Shown here one piece after another: positions 49,901 to 63,300 of a stretch of 64,000 nucleotides of DNA. Origin of the DNA: Macrostomum hystrix (lineage: Eukaryota; Animalia; Platyhelminthes); assembly GCA_950097015.1 (NCBI GenBank), contig CATNEN010000005.1, forward strand, positions 5,208,001 to 5,272,000. Direction: 5' to 3'. The notes under the pieces were generated by a model. It worked only from the letters and a program-made list of their open reading frames with translations, did not search any database and was not told the origin of the DNA. The position numbers and the translations under genes are program-made. The number at the start of each line of letters is the position of its first letter. The stretch's first letter is position 1.

Positions 49901-52900
49901 TCCCTTGTTTCATTTCTCCCGTGTCTCATCTCACCCGTGTCTCATCTCTCCTCTGTCTCATCTCTCGATTGTATCATCTCTCCCGTGTCTCACTCATCTA
50001 TCCCTGTCTCATCCACTCCACTATCTCATATTTTTACAGTCAATACGGTCCGCTGTCGTCATTTAGATTCATTCTTTGGCCCGATAGCTTATAAGTTTGC
50101 CGACCAGATGAGCTGAACACGAAAATTATGCTGATGCAGCATTAACAATGCTTTTCATGCATGTCAGGTCAGCCAGACAACTTGTCAACTAGCGCGTTTG
50201 AAGCAACATAAGTTGCAAGAGGGACAGCATAAAAATCTGCAGCGCATCCATCAGCTAAGCTCTCAGCTGTTCAACATAACTATCAGGCCCTTCGTTTTAG
50301 CGAGGTATTAGTTCAGCCGAGTGAGAAACTACGAGGCAACCCCCATTTGGCCGCCCCTAGAACTCAACAAATGTCCTCCCAGAAGGCAACCAATGTTTTC
50401 CCCATAAAATTGAGCGAGTAGTAAAACTAACTCCTATGCGGGGGATGCAATATTAAAATGAAACGGATCTCATTGCTGCAACATACAGAGAAAACTGGGC
50501 CTGTCCGTGACTGTGAGTTCCAGTGTCGCGGTGAGGCCGCTGATGCTGACCTCCGGGTCCAGGATGCGCAGTGGAGACACGTTCAAGCCGAAGGCGGTCA
50601 GGGGAACTAGTAGGCTGATGAAATCGTTCGGGTTGGTCCTGATGTACATGGCCACATTGTCGTTGGCTGATCGGGTGGCGAAATTATATAGTCATCATTA
50701 AAAACTCTCCTAAATCTGCGTGATCTGCACGTGGAAAGTCTACATGTCACTCTTTCACAGTCCTTCTGTCACTCTCTCACAATCCTTCTGTCACTCTTTC
50801 ACAATCCTTCTGTCACTCTCTCACAATCCTTCTGTCACTCTCTTACAATCTTTCTGTCACTCTCTCACAATCCTTCTGTCACTCTCTCACAATCCTCAAT
50901 CCTTCTGTCACTCTCACAATCCTTCTGTCAATCTCACAATTCTTCTGTCACTCTCACAATCCTTCTGTCACTCTCACAATCCTTCTGTCACTCTCTCACA
51001 ATCCTTCTGTCACTCTCTCACAATCCTTCTGTCACTCTCTCACAATCCTTCTGTCACTCTCTCACAATCCTTCTGTCACTGTCTCACAATCCTTCTGTCA
51101 CTCTTTCACAATCCTTCTGTCACTCTTTCACAATCCTTCTGTCACTCTCTTACAATCTTTCTGTCACTCTCTCACAATCCTTCTGTCACTCTCTCACAAT
51201 CCTCAATCCTTTTGTCACTCTCTCACAATCCTCAATCCTTCTGTCACTCTCACAATCCTTCTGTCACTCTCACAATCCTTCTGTCACTCTCACAATCCTT
51301 CTGTCACTCTCACAATCCTTCTGTCACTCTCTCACAATCCTTCTGTCACTCTCACAATCCTTCTGTCACTCTCACAATCCTTCTGTCACTCTCACAATCC
51401 TTCTGTCACTCTCACAATCCTTCTGTCACCCTCTCACAATCCTTCTGTCACTCTCTCACAATCCTTCTGTCACTCTCTCACAATCCTTCTGTAACTCTCT
51501 CACAATCCTTCTGTCACTCTCTCACAATCCTCAATCCTTCTGTCACTCTCACAATCCTTCTGTCAATCTCACAATTCTTCTGTCACTCTCACAATCCTTC
51601 TGTCACTCTCACAATCCTTCTGTCACTCTCTCACAATCCTTCTGTCACTCTCTCACAATCCTTCTGTCACTCTCTCACAATCCTTCTGTAACTCTCTCAC
51701 AATCCTTCTGTCACTCTCTCACAATCCTTCTGTCACTCTCACAATCCTTCTGTCACTCTCTCACAATCCTTCTGTCACTCTCTCACAATCCTTCTGTCAC
51801 TCTCTCACAATCCTTCTGTCACTGTCTCACAATCCTTCTGTCACTCTCACACAATCCTTCTGTCACTCTCACAATCCTTCTGAAAGATCTTACGCAGCGG
51901 GAAGTAGATTTGATAGTGCTGCTTGGCGTCCTTGCTAAAGCAGGCAGAGATGTCGTGACGATTAAACACCAAATCCTTCTGCTCGAAATCGTAGATGTAC
52001 ATCGATGAGCTCAGCCAGGATGCCTGAGCGAAGATTTGACATTGAGTAATTGAGTAATTGTTCAAGTAGGTCATTGTATTTTAGATTAAGTGAATCACAA
52101 ACCTGGCTAGTGATAATGGCGCTCATTGGAATGGACTTGGTGACCGAGGTTTGTGTGATCTTATCGTAGGTTGTTTTCTGAAGCAATTAGGTAAAAAGAG
52201 TAGGTTAAAAATGGAAAACTATCAGCGAAAAGCTACGAGCGTATAAGCGGAGTAGATGATAGTTGCACTTACATTGGCGAAGTACCATTCGATGGTTGTG
52301 TTAAATGTCAGTCCGGGAACTCCCAGATCCAATTGCTTGTAGTTGATGTAGACCTCGGTGAATATTCCGCGAGTGTAACCCTTTTCGATGCAAACAAATT
52401 ATGAAAAAAGTTAGTAAAATTCATTTAGCTCAACTGATGTACTCATAATCTCTGATAACACTGACAGTGGCGTAGCCAGGATTTACGTCTAAGGGGCGGC
52501 CGCGCCTTTTGGGGTGGAGGGATTGAGGGGCGCCCCTATAACACCGGGGCGCCGCTACCACACGGGGGCACCACTAACACACGGGGGCAAAACTACCACA
52601 CGGGGGCACCACTAACACACGGGGGCAAAACTACCACACGGGGACACCACTAACACACGGGGGCAAAACTACCACACGGGGGCAACACTACCACACGGGG
52701 TAGCCACTACAACGCGGGGGCAACACTACAACACGGAGGCACCAGTACCACACGGGGCCACCACTAACGCACGGAGGCACCACTAACACACGGGGGCAAC
52801 ACTACCACACGGGAATGCTACTACCACATGGGGGCACCAGTACCATATGGAGGCAACACTACCACACGGGGGCACCACTACCACACGGGGGCAACACTAC

Positions 52901-55900
52901 CACACGGAGGCAACACTACCACACGATGGCAACACTACCACACGGAGGCAACACTACCACACGATGGCAACACTACCACACGGGGGCAACACTACCACAC
53001 GGGGGCACCACTACCACACGGGGGCAACACTACCACACGGGGGCACCACTACCACACGGGGGCAACACTACCACACGGGGGCAACACTACCACACGGAGG
53101 CAACACTACCACACGATGGCAACACTACCACACGATGGCAACACTACCACACGGGGGCAACACTACCACACGGGAACGCTACTACCACATGGGGGCACCA
53201 GTACCATATGGAGGCAACACTACCACATGGGACGCGACTACGAGAGGTCCCCACAACCACGGGGGCACCACTACTCGTACTATGGGCGTCACACAGTTTT
53301 GTCAGCTGGTTAGGGGAGGGACCGCGGCCCCCAGGCCCCTGAGAACACACTCATTCGATTCAAATTCGAACTCAAACTTCAAGCTGCACTGACCGATCCT
53401 TTGAACTGCACATTGGGCGAGTCCAGATCAAAGAACTGCTGCGGAGTCCTGATGCGCAGCTGGTTGCCATCCTTCTGCGAGTCCCAATCGGGGGTGGACA
53501 ATCGCTCGATGGTGCAGTTGCCCATGTCCTCGTTGCGAATGTAGGAAATTCCGCGACGGAAGTCGTGAATGTACATCAGCATGCCGGCGCCGTACTTTTG
53601 ACTATCGCCGGAGGTCACTGGCGGATAGCCCAAAAGCAGGCTCATGTTGGCCTTAAAGTCGTAGGCCTCCTTCAGGTAGGTGGTGTCCTCGGAGCCCTGA
53701 CCAATGCGCTCGATGCGCATGCTGAACCTGTCTGGCAGGCTCTGCGGTGTGCGGCCGCGTGAGTTCAGATTGTGGCAGTACAGACCGGGTGGCGCCTGCG
53801 GGCGAAAAATGATGACGTCACCGCCTGCCAGATACGTTATACAACAGTGTAACACCACCTACTGCAAGCAGAATATGCAGCACTAAGTATTTTATTGTCA
53901 TGCGAAATCGAAATCGAATTGAAACTCATATTTTAGACAGTTCAGTCACCTGCTAGTACTACGAGTACTAAAATAAACTCGTAATAAAAACTCGGTCGCG
54001 CAGCTATTGCGCGTCGCATCTGAAGGTTGCTAACGTCAGTCCAGTTCACGGACTGGGGGGAGACACCACACCCACCCTCAATTACCCCAGCTGATGCTGG
54101 TACCAATTTAACAGCTGAGTGAACTAAAATAACGCAGAGTTCAGTGTCTTGGTAAATTACACACATTGCTCCAGTGGAGTCAGGATTCGAACCCCCGCTT
54201 TTTAAGTCCTGAGTCCGACGCTCTCACCTCTTGGCTATAGCGTCGATCAAAAGACATTTACTGCTTACCATGAACGGATTGGTCCTAGCGGACCAACTGG
54301 GTGTTCCGAGGCTGAAGTAAGAGATGTCGTGCGTCATCTTAAATATGTTGTTTCCTCCGCTGTTTGATTTGGTCTCTGCGACTACACGGATCGGCTGGAT
54401 GTAGCCGCTAGCTGCAATTAATAGTACCTTATTTTTAGTGCTATGAGGAAGATGCGCTTAGCTTGTGGGTGCAGGCGGGAGGTGCGTGCAGGAGGGAGGT
54501 GGGTGCAGGAGGGAGGTGGGTGCAGGAGGGAGGTGGGTGCAGGAGGGAGGTGGGTGCAGGAGGGAGGTAGGTGAAGGAGGAACGTGGGTGCAGGACAGAT
54601 AGAGAAAGTGCATAGGAAGTACCACTTCGGACGTCAAATTCGGTAAAGAATTTGATGCATAAGTACAGAAGTATTATTTGTTATCTCCTTAGCAATTATT
54701 CAGGACTCACTAGTAAAATACCAGTCGAGCTTGATAGACATGTCAGACAATGGCCAGTAGTGACAAGAGAAATAGTGTTGCACGGCTACTTCATCGATTT
54801 CCTGCAATGAGGTGTCAATATGCAACTTGCTAAAGACTGCTCAGCGTATATCTCCAGACAGCATAGAATATATATCTCCAGACAGCATAGAATATATATC
54901 TCCAGACAGCTTAGAATATATATCTCCAGACAGCTTAGAATATATATCTCCAGACAGCTTAGAATATATATCTCCAGACAGCTTAGAATATATATCTACA
55001 GACAGCTTAGAATATATATCTCCAGACAGCTTAGAATATATATCTCCAGACAGCTTAGAATATATATCTACAGACAGCTTAGAATATATATCTCCAGACA
55101 GCTTAGAATATATATCTACAGACTGCTTAGAATATATATCTACAGTCTGCTTAGAATATATATCTACAGACTGCTTAGAATATATATCTACAGACTGCTT
55201 AGAGTATATATCTACAGACTGCTTAGAGTATATATCTCCAGACTGCCTAGAATATATATCTCCAGACTGCTTAGAATATATACTCGTATCTACGGACTGC
55301 TTAGAATACATATCTAAAGACTGGTTAGAATATATATCTCCAGACTGCTTAGAATATATACTCGTATCTACGGACTGCTTAGAATACATATCTAAAGACT
55401 GGTTAGAATATATATCTACAGACTGCTCAGCATGGATCTACAGACTGTTCAGCATATATACTAGTATATGGATTGCTTAGTGTATTTCTACAACCTGCTC
55501 ATCGCATGTCTATAGACTGCTCTTCGCATATCTATAGACTGCTCAGTGTACATCTATAGACTGCTCAGTGTATATCTACAGCCTGCTCATCGCATATCTA
55601 TAGACTGCTCAGTGTACATCTATAGACTGCTCAGTGGATATCTACAGCCTGCTCAGCATATATGTGCAGATAGTACACAGGCTCAAATTCAAAATAATAG
55701 CACTACACAACAATTGGGTGTTCAACTGACTTCCTGTCCCTTATTCTCGATGTAGATGTTGCCTCCGCCGAAGAAGAACTTGGACGGCATAAAGTACATT
55801 CTAGAGCCTAGAGTCACTGGCGTTAGCGCGTCCGGTGATGAGAGCTTCTGTATCTGGCAGGCGCCTGTGTGCATAATTGAACATGAAATTTACATGCTTA

Positions 55901-57691
55901 TAATATATAATTTCCCGATTTGACGAAGTGAAAATAAAACCGATCGAAAGTCTTACCAAGAATGTTGTTTGTGTCGCTCATATTGATAACCTGAATCTGA
56001 CTGGTGTCCCAGTTGGCGATGGCGCGGAAATTTCCATCGGGAGTATAGGCCATGAATGATGTCATCTGGATGTCGGCGTTGAAATACTCGAACGCACTGA
56101 AGCGTTCGTTCCTCTCGTTGCGCATGCTCATTGAGACACTGTAAACTGGCGGATTCCTGGGCAGGGCTGCCGAATAGGGAAGGGATGCGAAACTACTTAC
56201 AGTAAAGAATAATTTTAGGAAAATTCTGTCATACAGTTCATTTCCAATAGGATAATCCCCGATCAGCTGAAGAGACTGAAGGATAATGAACTACGGAATG
56301 AAGAGACTGAAGGATAATGAACTACGGAATGAAGAGACTGAAGGATAATGAACTACGGAATGAAGAGACTGAAGTATATTGAACTACGGAATGAAGAGAC
56401 TGAAGGATAATGAACTATGCAATGAAGAGACTGAAGTATATTGAACTACGGAATGAAGAGACTGAAGGATAATGAACTATGCAATGAAGAGACTGAAGTA
56501 TATTGAACTACGGAATGAAGAGACTGAAGGATTATGAAGTATGCAATGAACAGACTGAAGGATAATGAAGTATGCAATGAACAGACTGAAGGATAATGAA
56601 GTATGCAATGAACAGACTGAAGGATAATGAAGTACGGAATGAAGAGACTGAAGGATAATGAAGTATGCAATGAAGAGACTGAAGGATATTGAATTACGGA
56701 ATGAAGAGACTGAAGGATAATGAACTACGCAATGAAGAGACTGAAGGATAATGAACAACGCAATGAAGAGACTGAAGGATAATGAACTACGCAATGAAGA
56801 GACTGAAGGATAATGAACTACGCAATGAAGAGACTGAAGGATATTGAACTACGGAATGAAGAGACTGAAGGATAATGAACAACGCAGTGAAGAGACTGAA
56901 GGATAATGAACTACGGAATGAAGATACTGAAGGATAATGAACTACGGAATGAAGAGACTGAAGGATAATGAACTACGCAATGAAGAGACTGAAGGATATT
57001 GAACTACGGAATGAAGAGACTGAAGGATAATGAACTACGCAATGAAGAGACTGAAGGATAATGAACTACGCAATGAAGAGACTGAAGGATAATGAACTAC
57101 GGAATGAAGAGACTGAAGGATAATGAACTACGGAATGAAGAGACTGAAGTTTATTGAACTACGGAATGAAGAGACTGAAGGATAATGAACTACGCAATGA
57201 AGAGACCGAAGGATAATGAACTACGCAATGAAGAGACTGAAGGATATTGAACTACGGAATGAAGAGACTGAAGTATTATGAAGTATGCAATGAACAGACT
57301 GAAGGATATTGAACTACGGAATGAAGAGACTGAAGGATAATGAACAACGCAATGAACAGACTGAAGGATAATGAACTGCGCCAGGGAGACACTGAAGAAT
57401 AATGAAGCACGCAATAGATACGCTAAAGGATAATGAAGTACGGAATGAAGAGACTGAAGGATATTGAAGGACACAATCAAAATAGTGAACGTTAGTGACT
57501 GGCCTACCTCAAGACCAATCAATAGTTCAAGTGCCCTAATTTCGTGTTAATCATATAGCTTGACAACTTCAACCTACAAACTCACATATGCCGGTGTTTA
57601 CGGATAGTGTGCAGAAGTTTGGGTCGTGAGCAGCCAAGACACCTCCGCAACCCAGCCAGCTCACAATGAGCAGAGCTCCAAGCAGTTTCAT
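46904..57691 (-). CDS. Type I membrane protein with two ependymin/LolA-like repeats (resembles the invertebrate 'enriched in surface-labeled proteome 9' family), 13 exons, about 612-629 aa
   Basis: Exons 57691-57586 (signal peptide), 56166-55957, 55864-55731, 54801-54711, 54411-54269, 53795-53394, 52380-52273, 52177-52103, 52023-51894, 50666-50487, 49368-49224 and 48387-48356, then last exon 47613-47531 or 47037-46904. All are GT-AG and phase-consistent. Motifs include PF.APPGLYC, IHDFRRG...GNCT, FFDL and RGI, plus a GYSAG-TM end. The family name is from memory and unverified. Confidence 0.82.
48541..48897 (+). mobile_element. SINE family A copy
   Basis: Head GTGGCAGAGCG...CTCGACTCC and tail CCCTCCTGCAATTATTATT. 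Confidence 0.8.
49559..50109 (+). mobile_element. Charlie-like MITE with internal degenerate 16-bp minisatellite
   Basis: Ends CAAGGGTCGGCAAACT and AGTTTGCCGACC, with the same 5' and 3' blocks as 288-1089. Confidence 0.8.
50750..51882. repeat. 20/22-bp minisatellite (CACAATCCTTCTGTCACTCT[CT])n
   Basis: Intronic tandem array ending about 10 nt from the splice donor at 51893. Confidence 0.96.
52465..53345 (+). mobile_element. CAGTGGCGTAGCC-type MITE-like element containing a 19-bp minisatellite (CACACGGGGGCAACACTAC)n
   Basis: Start CAGTGGCGTAGCCAGGATTT, tandem array at about 52545-53280 and GC-rich tail. The complementary terminus is not seen here, but one occurs at about 21115-21133. Confidence 0.6.
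53985..54245 (-). mobile_element. SINE family B copy
   Basis: Reverse-complement match to 6979-7264. Confidence 0.78.
54465..54600. repeat. 17-bp G-rich minisatellite (GGGTGCAGGAGGGAGGT)n
   Basis: About 7 tandem units. Confidence 0.9.
54845..55660. repeat. 24-bp minisatellite (ATATATATCTCCAGACAGCTTAGA)n grading into degenerate units
   Basis: Intronic array with a directional gradient of variants. Confidence 0.93.
56265..57480. repeat. 31-bp minisatellite (GAAGAGACTGAAGGATAATGAACTACGSAAT)n
   Basis: Fills intron 1 of the ependymin-like gene. Confidence 0.96.
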
Positions 57692-58357
57692 GATCTTCAG
57701 CGAAGTTCTCAACCGAATAAAATTGAACGAAAATGAATAACAATCAAAATTGAGTAGAACTACTCAAGTTTAGCTAGATATAGACCCGAACTAGATTTCT
57801 AGGAATAATCGACCTGACAACCCTGACAGGGTGGTACAGGCCTAGGCCAATTCAATTCAATCTATACGATTAGATAGGCACATTGCACCAGCTGGTGGAT
57901 AAAAGCGGTGCCTAGCCTTGGTCGTTATCTAACTCTCTCTGCGGAGACACCAAAGACTGCTGTTCTCAGAAAGTAAGTCACTAAGCGAAATTCTTAGTCT
58001 CAGAAAAAATGGTAGAAAGAAAATAGAGTTTATTTAAAAAAGGTGAAAGTTCAGTAGAATGGAATCTTTGGCTTAATGTTAGTTGCTGGGCGCTAAACAG
58101 CGTATCAAAGCTATTTTACTTTCCAACGCGATAAGATTAGTATGCTGGGTCGGTTCAAAAGTCTTATCTATTTTTTACTGCCTTCAACGACTCAGCAGCA
58201 CATGTGGCCAAAGACTCGAAAGTGGATCTTTAGAATTGAGACATTTTTTGTATAAGTTGTCCATTTTCCGACTGTCTGTAAACTTCGAGTTGTTCTAGTT
58301 AGGACCAAAATGCGAGCTAGCGACGCTTCGGCGAAAACGTAGTACTAGATAGAAAAA

Positions 58358-58502
58358 CCTCATTAGGAACAGGTGACACTTCTGTCTAACGGATAGCCCT
58401 CATTAGGAACAGGTGACACTTCTGTCTAACGGATAGCCCTCATTAGGAACAGGTGACACTTCTGTCTAACAGGTAGCCCTCATTAGGAACAGGTGACACT
58501 TC
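58358..58502. repeat. 40-bp tandem repeat, about 3.6 copies
   Basis: CCTCATTAGGAACAGGTGACACTTC starts at 58358, 58398, 58438 and 58478. Confidence 0.93.
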
Positions 58503-59169
58503 CTTCTCCCTACTGGTCGCTTTCATTTCAAACACATGTGACACAATTCTATCTAACTGGTTTTTCCATTAGCTGAAATTAAATTCATTGCTCATCAAAA
58601 TGGCATCAGTCGAAAATTTGAATATTTAAGACAATTTTTTAAAAGTGGAGACAAACTTTCAGTACAAAAACAAAATCGTTTTTATTACGCTTTCATTGTA
58701 TTTGAATTTTAATAGAAACCACTAACTGAAGTCAAACAAAAACAATGAAATTTTGTTTAAACAAAAAGCTAGTTAGAAATTAAAACAAAACACGATACCT
58801 ATAAAATTAATTATAGTACTGTACATAGCTACCAGAAGATTAAAAAAACGAATTAAAAGCACAAAAGCATGAAAAAACAGCTGACACATGTGCAATTTTG
58901 AATAAAAATTTTAGAAAAAAATATTAAAACAATTATAAATAAATAATGAGTGAAGTAAATATAAACAATTCAAAGCGAATAAAAATTTTGCATAGTCGGA
59001 TCGAGCCATTTAACTATTTTTGAAAAATTCACTACTTTGATGCAGACGTGTACTAAAAATTAAACAGAGTGTACAAGTACGAGCGTAACACCTGAGACTG
59101 AGATTGTATTAAACTGAATATTTGATTTATATACTCCTTCTAGAATGGTCGTGATTAGATTTATTAGGA

Positions 59170-60065
59170 TACTGGATGGGATTGATTGGAATTCGCGATG
59201 GGATTGATTGGGATTCGAGATGAAATTGATTGGGATTCTAGATGGGATTGATTGGGATTCTAGATGAAATTGATTGGGATTCTAGATGGGATTGATTGGG
59301 ATTCTAGATGAAATTGATTGGGATTCTAGATGGGATTGATTGGAATTCCAAATGGAATTGATTGGGATTCTAGATGGGATTGATTGGGATTCTAGATGAA
59401 ATTGATTGGGATTCTAGATGGGATTGATTGGGATTCTAGATGGGATTGATTGGGATTCTAGATGAAATTGATTGGGATTCTAGGTGGAATTGATTGGGAT
59501 TCTAGATGGGATTGATTGGAATTCTAGATGGAATTGATTGGGATTCTAGATGAAATTGATTGGGATTCTAGATGGGATTGATTGGAATTCCAAATGGAAT
59601 TGATTGGGATTCTAGATGAAATTGATTGGGATTCTAGATGGGATTGATTGGGATTCTAGATGGGATTGATTGGGATTCTAGATGAAATTGATTGGGATTC
59701 TAGGTGGAATTGATTGGGATTCTAGATGGGATTGATTGGAATTCTAGATGGAATTGATTGGGATTCTAGATGGGATTGATTGGGATTCTAGATGGGATTG
59801 ATTGGGATTCTAGATGGAATTGATTGGGATTCTAGATGGGATTGATTGGGATTCTAGATGGGATTGATTGGGATTCTAGATGGAATTGATTGGGATTCTA
59901 GATGGGATTGATTGGGATTCTAGATGAAATTTATTGGGATTCTAGATGGGATTGATTGGAATTCCAAATGGAATTGATTGGGATTCTAGATGGGATTGAT
60001 TGGAATTCCAAATGGAATTGATTGGGATTCTAGGTGGGATTGATTGGGATTCTAGATGAAACTGA
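59170..60065. repeat. 22-bp minisatellite (GGGATTGATTGGGATTCTAGAT)n
   Basis: Tandem array downstream of GCM. Confidence 0.96.
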
Positions 60066-60317
60066 TTTGTAGTCTAGATGAGATTGATTGAAGCTCTATA
60101 TCTGATTAATGGTAACGATTTTTTATTACGATTAGACAGACTTGGCCGATACATTGTGGATATAAATAAAAAAGTTTTATGGTTAAGAATTAAATTCATT
60201 CGATGATCAAGATGGAGAATGAATGCCGCTAGTACAAGAAACTGTGCTGAGAAAATAGATAGGCCTAAATTGCGCAAGCAAGTCCTGAGAAAGGTTTTCA
60301 AGTCGACCAACTGCTCA

Positions 60318-63300
60318 TCAGCAGCAATTCATTGACCATCGTTCGCCGGAAGTGGCTGCCGCAGCAGCAGCAGCAGCAGCAGCGGCTGCGGCTGCTGCGT
60401 AAGATTGAGGCCAAAACTGTAGAACATTGTTGCCACTTGCTCCATCCTCAGAGTAGGGTATCCATTCCTGCTTCACAGACGAATACTGCAGCTGCTGCTG
60501 ATGCTGCTGCTGCTGCAGATAATTATAATCTGCCTGTATGCTGTGAAGGTAAGTCTGCTGCTGCTGCTGCTGCTGCTGTTGATAGTAAGCAGTGTATCCC
60601 AAAGCGGGGTAGTCAATTCCATCGTAGTAAGCAGCAATTTGCTGCTGCTGCTGCTGCTGCTGCTGCCGTTGCTGGGTGTTTGAATGAGGACAATGAAACG
60701 GTGAGCAGGAACAGCAGAGTTCGGAGCGTTCCAAAACAGGCCTGTGCGACTGCTCAGCCATTTGAAGCTCGGAAATCCTGGCAACTTTCGAAGCTGGCGA
60801 TGAACTCGACATAGAAGTCGACGGCTCACCAACCGCCAAGCCGCCCGGAGCACTTCGCTTCGACGCCTGACGACGCAGCTTCGTGTTTTGAAGGACCTCC
60901 GTGGGCGCAGGCGGCCAGGCCTCCGGCGCCGGATGATCGTGACAGCCCTTGGCTTGGAAGTACACCAAGCCATTGTTTGCGTGTCTCCAGAAGTGAGTGA
61001 CTGGGAAGCCGCAGTGGCCCCGGCACTGGCGAAGGTACAGACGGCCATCCGGACACTTGGGATTCGGACAGCGAGAGCCTGAGCCAGTGTTTAAACAATG
61101 GATTGAATTTGTGTGGCGCTTCCAAATGGCTGCAAACATTTATTCTGTCCGTGGACTGGGGAGCTGTGGCTACGGCTATTCAACCTCTCTCCCTGCAGTC
61201 TACCTCTGTGCCTCCAATCTACCTCTCACCCCACTCTAACTCTTTCCCTCCACTCTAACTCTCTCCCTCCACTCTACATCTCTCCCTCCACTCTAACTCT
61301 CTCCCTCCTCTCTACCTCTCTCCCTCCACTCTACCTCTCTCCTTCCACTCTACATCTCTCCCTCCACTCTAACTTTCTCCCTCCACTCTACCTCTCTCCC
61401 ACCACTCTAACTCTCTCCCCACTCTAACTCTCTCCCTCCACTCTACCTCTGTTCCTCCAGTTTCCCTCTCTTTGTCCACTCCACCTCTCTCTGTCCACTC
61501 AACCTCTCTCCCTCCCGTCTACCTCTCTCCCTCCACTCTACCTCTCTCCCTCCACTCTACCTCCCTCCCTCCCGTCTACCTCTCTCCCTCCACTCTACCT
61601 CTCTCCCTCCACTCTACCTCTCTCCCTCCACTTTACGTCTCTCCCTCCTCTCTACCTCTCTCCCTCCACTCTACCTCTCTCCCTCCACTCTACCTCTCTC
61701 CCTCCCGTCTATCTCTCCCTCCACTCTACTTCTCTCCCTCCCGTCTACCTCTCTCCCTCCACTCTACCTCTCTCTGTCCACCCATCTCTCTCATTGAATA
61801 TGAGATTCGGGATCGGAAAAATGATTTTTTTAATTCATGATTTAGATTCGATCATGCCCAATCTCTCCGCAGCCGGCTCACCGCACTGCTTTCGTCTGGC
61901 CTTGTCGCAGATGGCCGGTCTGAGGCAGATCCCTCTAGCTCCGGCGGCCTGTTGCTCAGCCGCTGTCGCTGGCGGAATAGTGCACGCTGAGGAGCACAGC
62001 AGCACACCCAGGCAGGACTTCTTCAGCACGCTGACATTGTGATTGTTTGTATTTCGCATTGCCCAGCCGCTGGTGTGTCGGCGAACTTCCTCGATGGCCT
62101 CGGCGTAAATGAAGCGGCAGTGCCCGTTAGGCCACTGGTTGTAGGGGTCCAAGGACTGCGGCTGAGGGTGTAAATCAAATCAGATGCCTAAATGACTGCC
62201 AGTGGATAAGAGAGAGAGGGAAGGAGAGAGGGAAGGAGAGAGGGAAGTAGAGAGGGAAGGAGAGAGGGAAGGAGAGAGGGAAGGAGAGAGGGAAGTAGAG
62301 AGGGAAGGAGAGAGGGAAGGAGAAAGGGAAGGAGAGAGGGAAGGAGAGAGGGAAGCAGAGAGTGAAGGAGAGAGGGAAGGAGAGAGGGAAGGAGAGAAGG
62401 AAAGAGAAAGGGAAGGAGAGAGTGAAGGAGAGAGGGAAGGAGAGAGGGAAGGAGAGAGGGAAGTAGAGAGGGAAGTAGAGAGGGAAGGAGAGAGGGAAGG
62501 AGAAAGGGAAGGAGAGAGGGAAGGAGAGAAGGAAAGAGAAAGGGAAGGAGAGAGTGAAGGAGAGAGTGAAGGAGAGAGGGAAGGAGAGAGGGAAGGAGAG
62601 AAGGAAAGAGAAAGGGAAGGAGAGAGTGAAGGAGAGAGAGAGTGAAGGAGAGAGGGAAGGAGAAAGGGAAGGAGAGAGGGAAGCAGAGAGTGAATGAGAG
62701 AGGGAAGTAGAGAGGGAAGGAGAGAGGGAAGTAGAGAGGGAAGGAGAGAGGGAAGGAGAAAGGGGAAGGAGAGAGTGAAGGAGAGAGTGAAGGAGAGAGT
62801 GAAGGAGAGAGGGAAGGAGAGAAGGAAAGAGAAAGGGAAGGAGAGAGTGAAGGAGAGAGTGAAGGAGAGAGGGAAGGAGAAGGGGAAGGAGAGAGGGAAG
62901 CAGAGAGTGAATGAGAGAGGGAAGGAGAGAGGGAAGGAGAGAGGGAAGGAGAGAGGGAAGGAGAGAGGGAAGTAGAGAGGGAAGTAGAGAGGGAAGGAGA
63001 GAGGGAAGGAGAAAGGGAAGGAGAGAGGGAAGGAGAGAAGGAAAGAGAAAGGGAAGGAGAGAGTGAAGGAGAGAGTGAAGGAGAGAGGGAAGGAGAAAGG
63101 GAAGGAGAGAGGGAAGCAGAGAGTGAAGGAGAGAGGGAAGTAGAGAGGGAAGGAGAGAGGGAAGTAGAGAGGGAAGGAGAGAGGGAAGGAGAAAGGGAAG
63201 GAGAGAGTGAAGGAGAGAGTGAAGGAGAGAGGGAAGTAGAGAAGGAAAGAGAAAGGGAAGGAGAGAGTGAAGGAGAGAGTGAAGGAGAGAGGGAAGGAGA

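Noticed and set aside
53796-53858. 5' extension of the 53379-53858 ORF as coding
   Set aside because: Phase compatibility with the upstream exon places the acceptor at 53795 (NPFM|APPGLYC).
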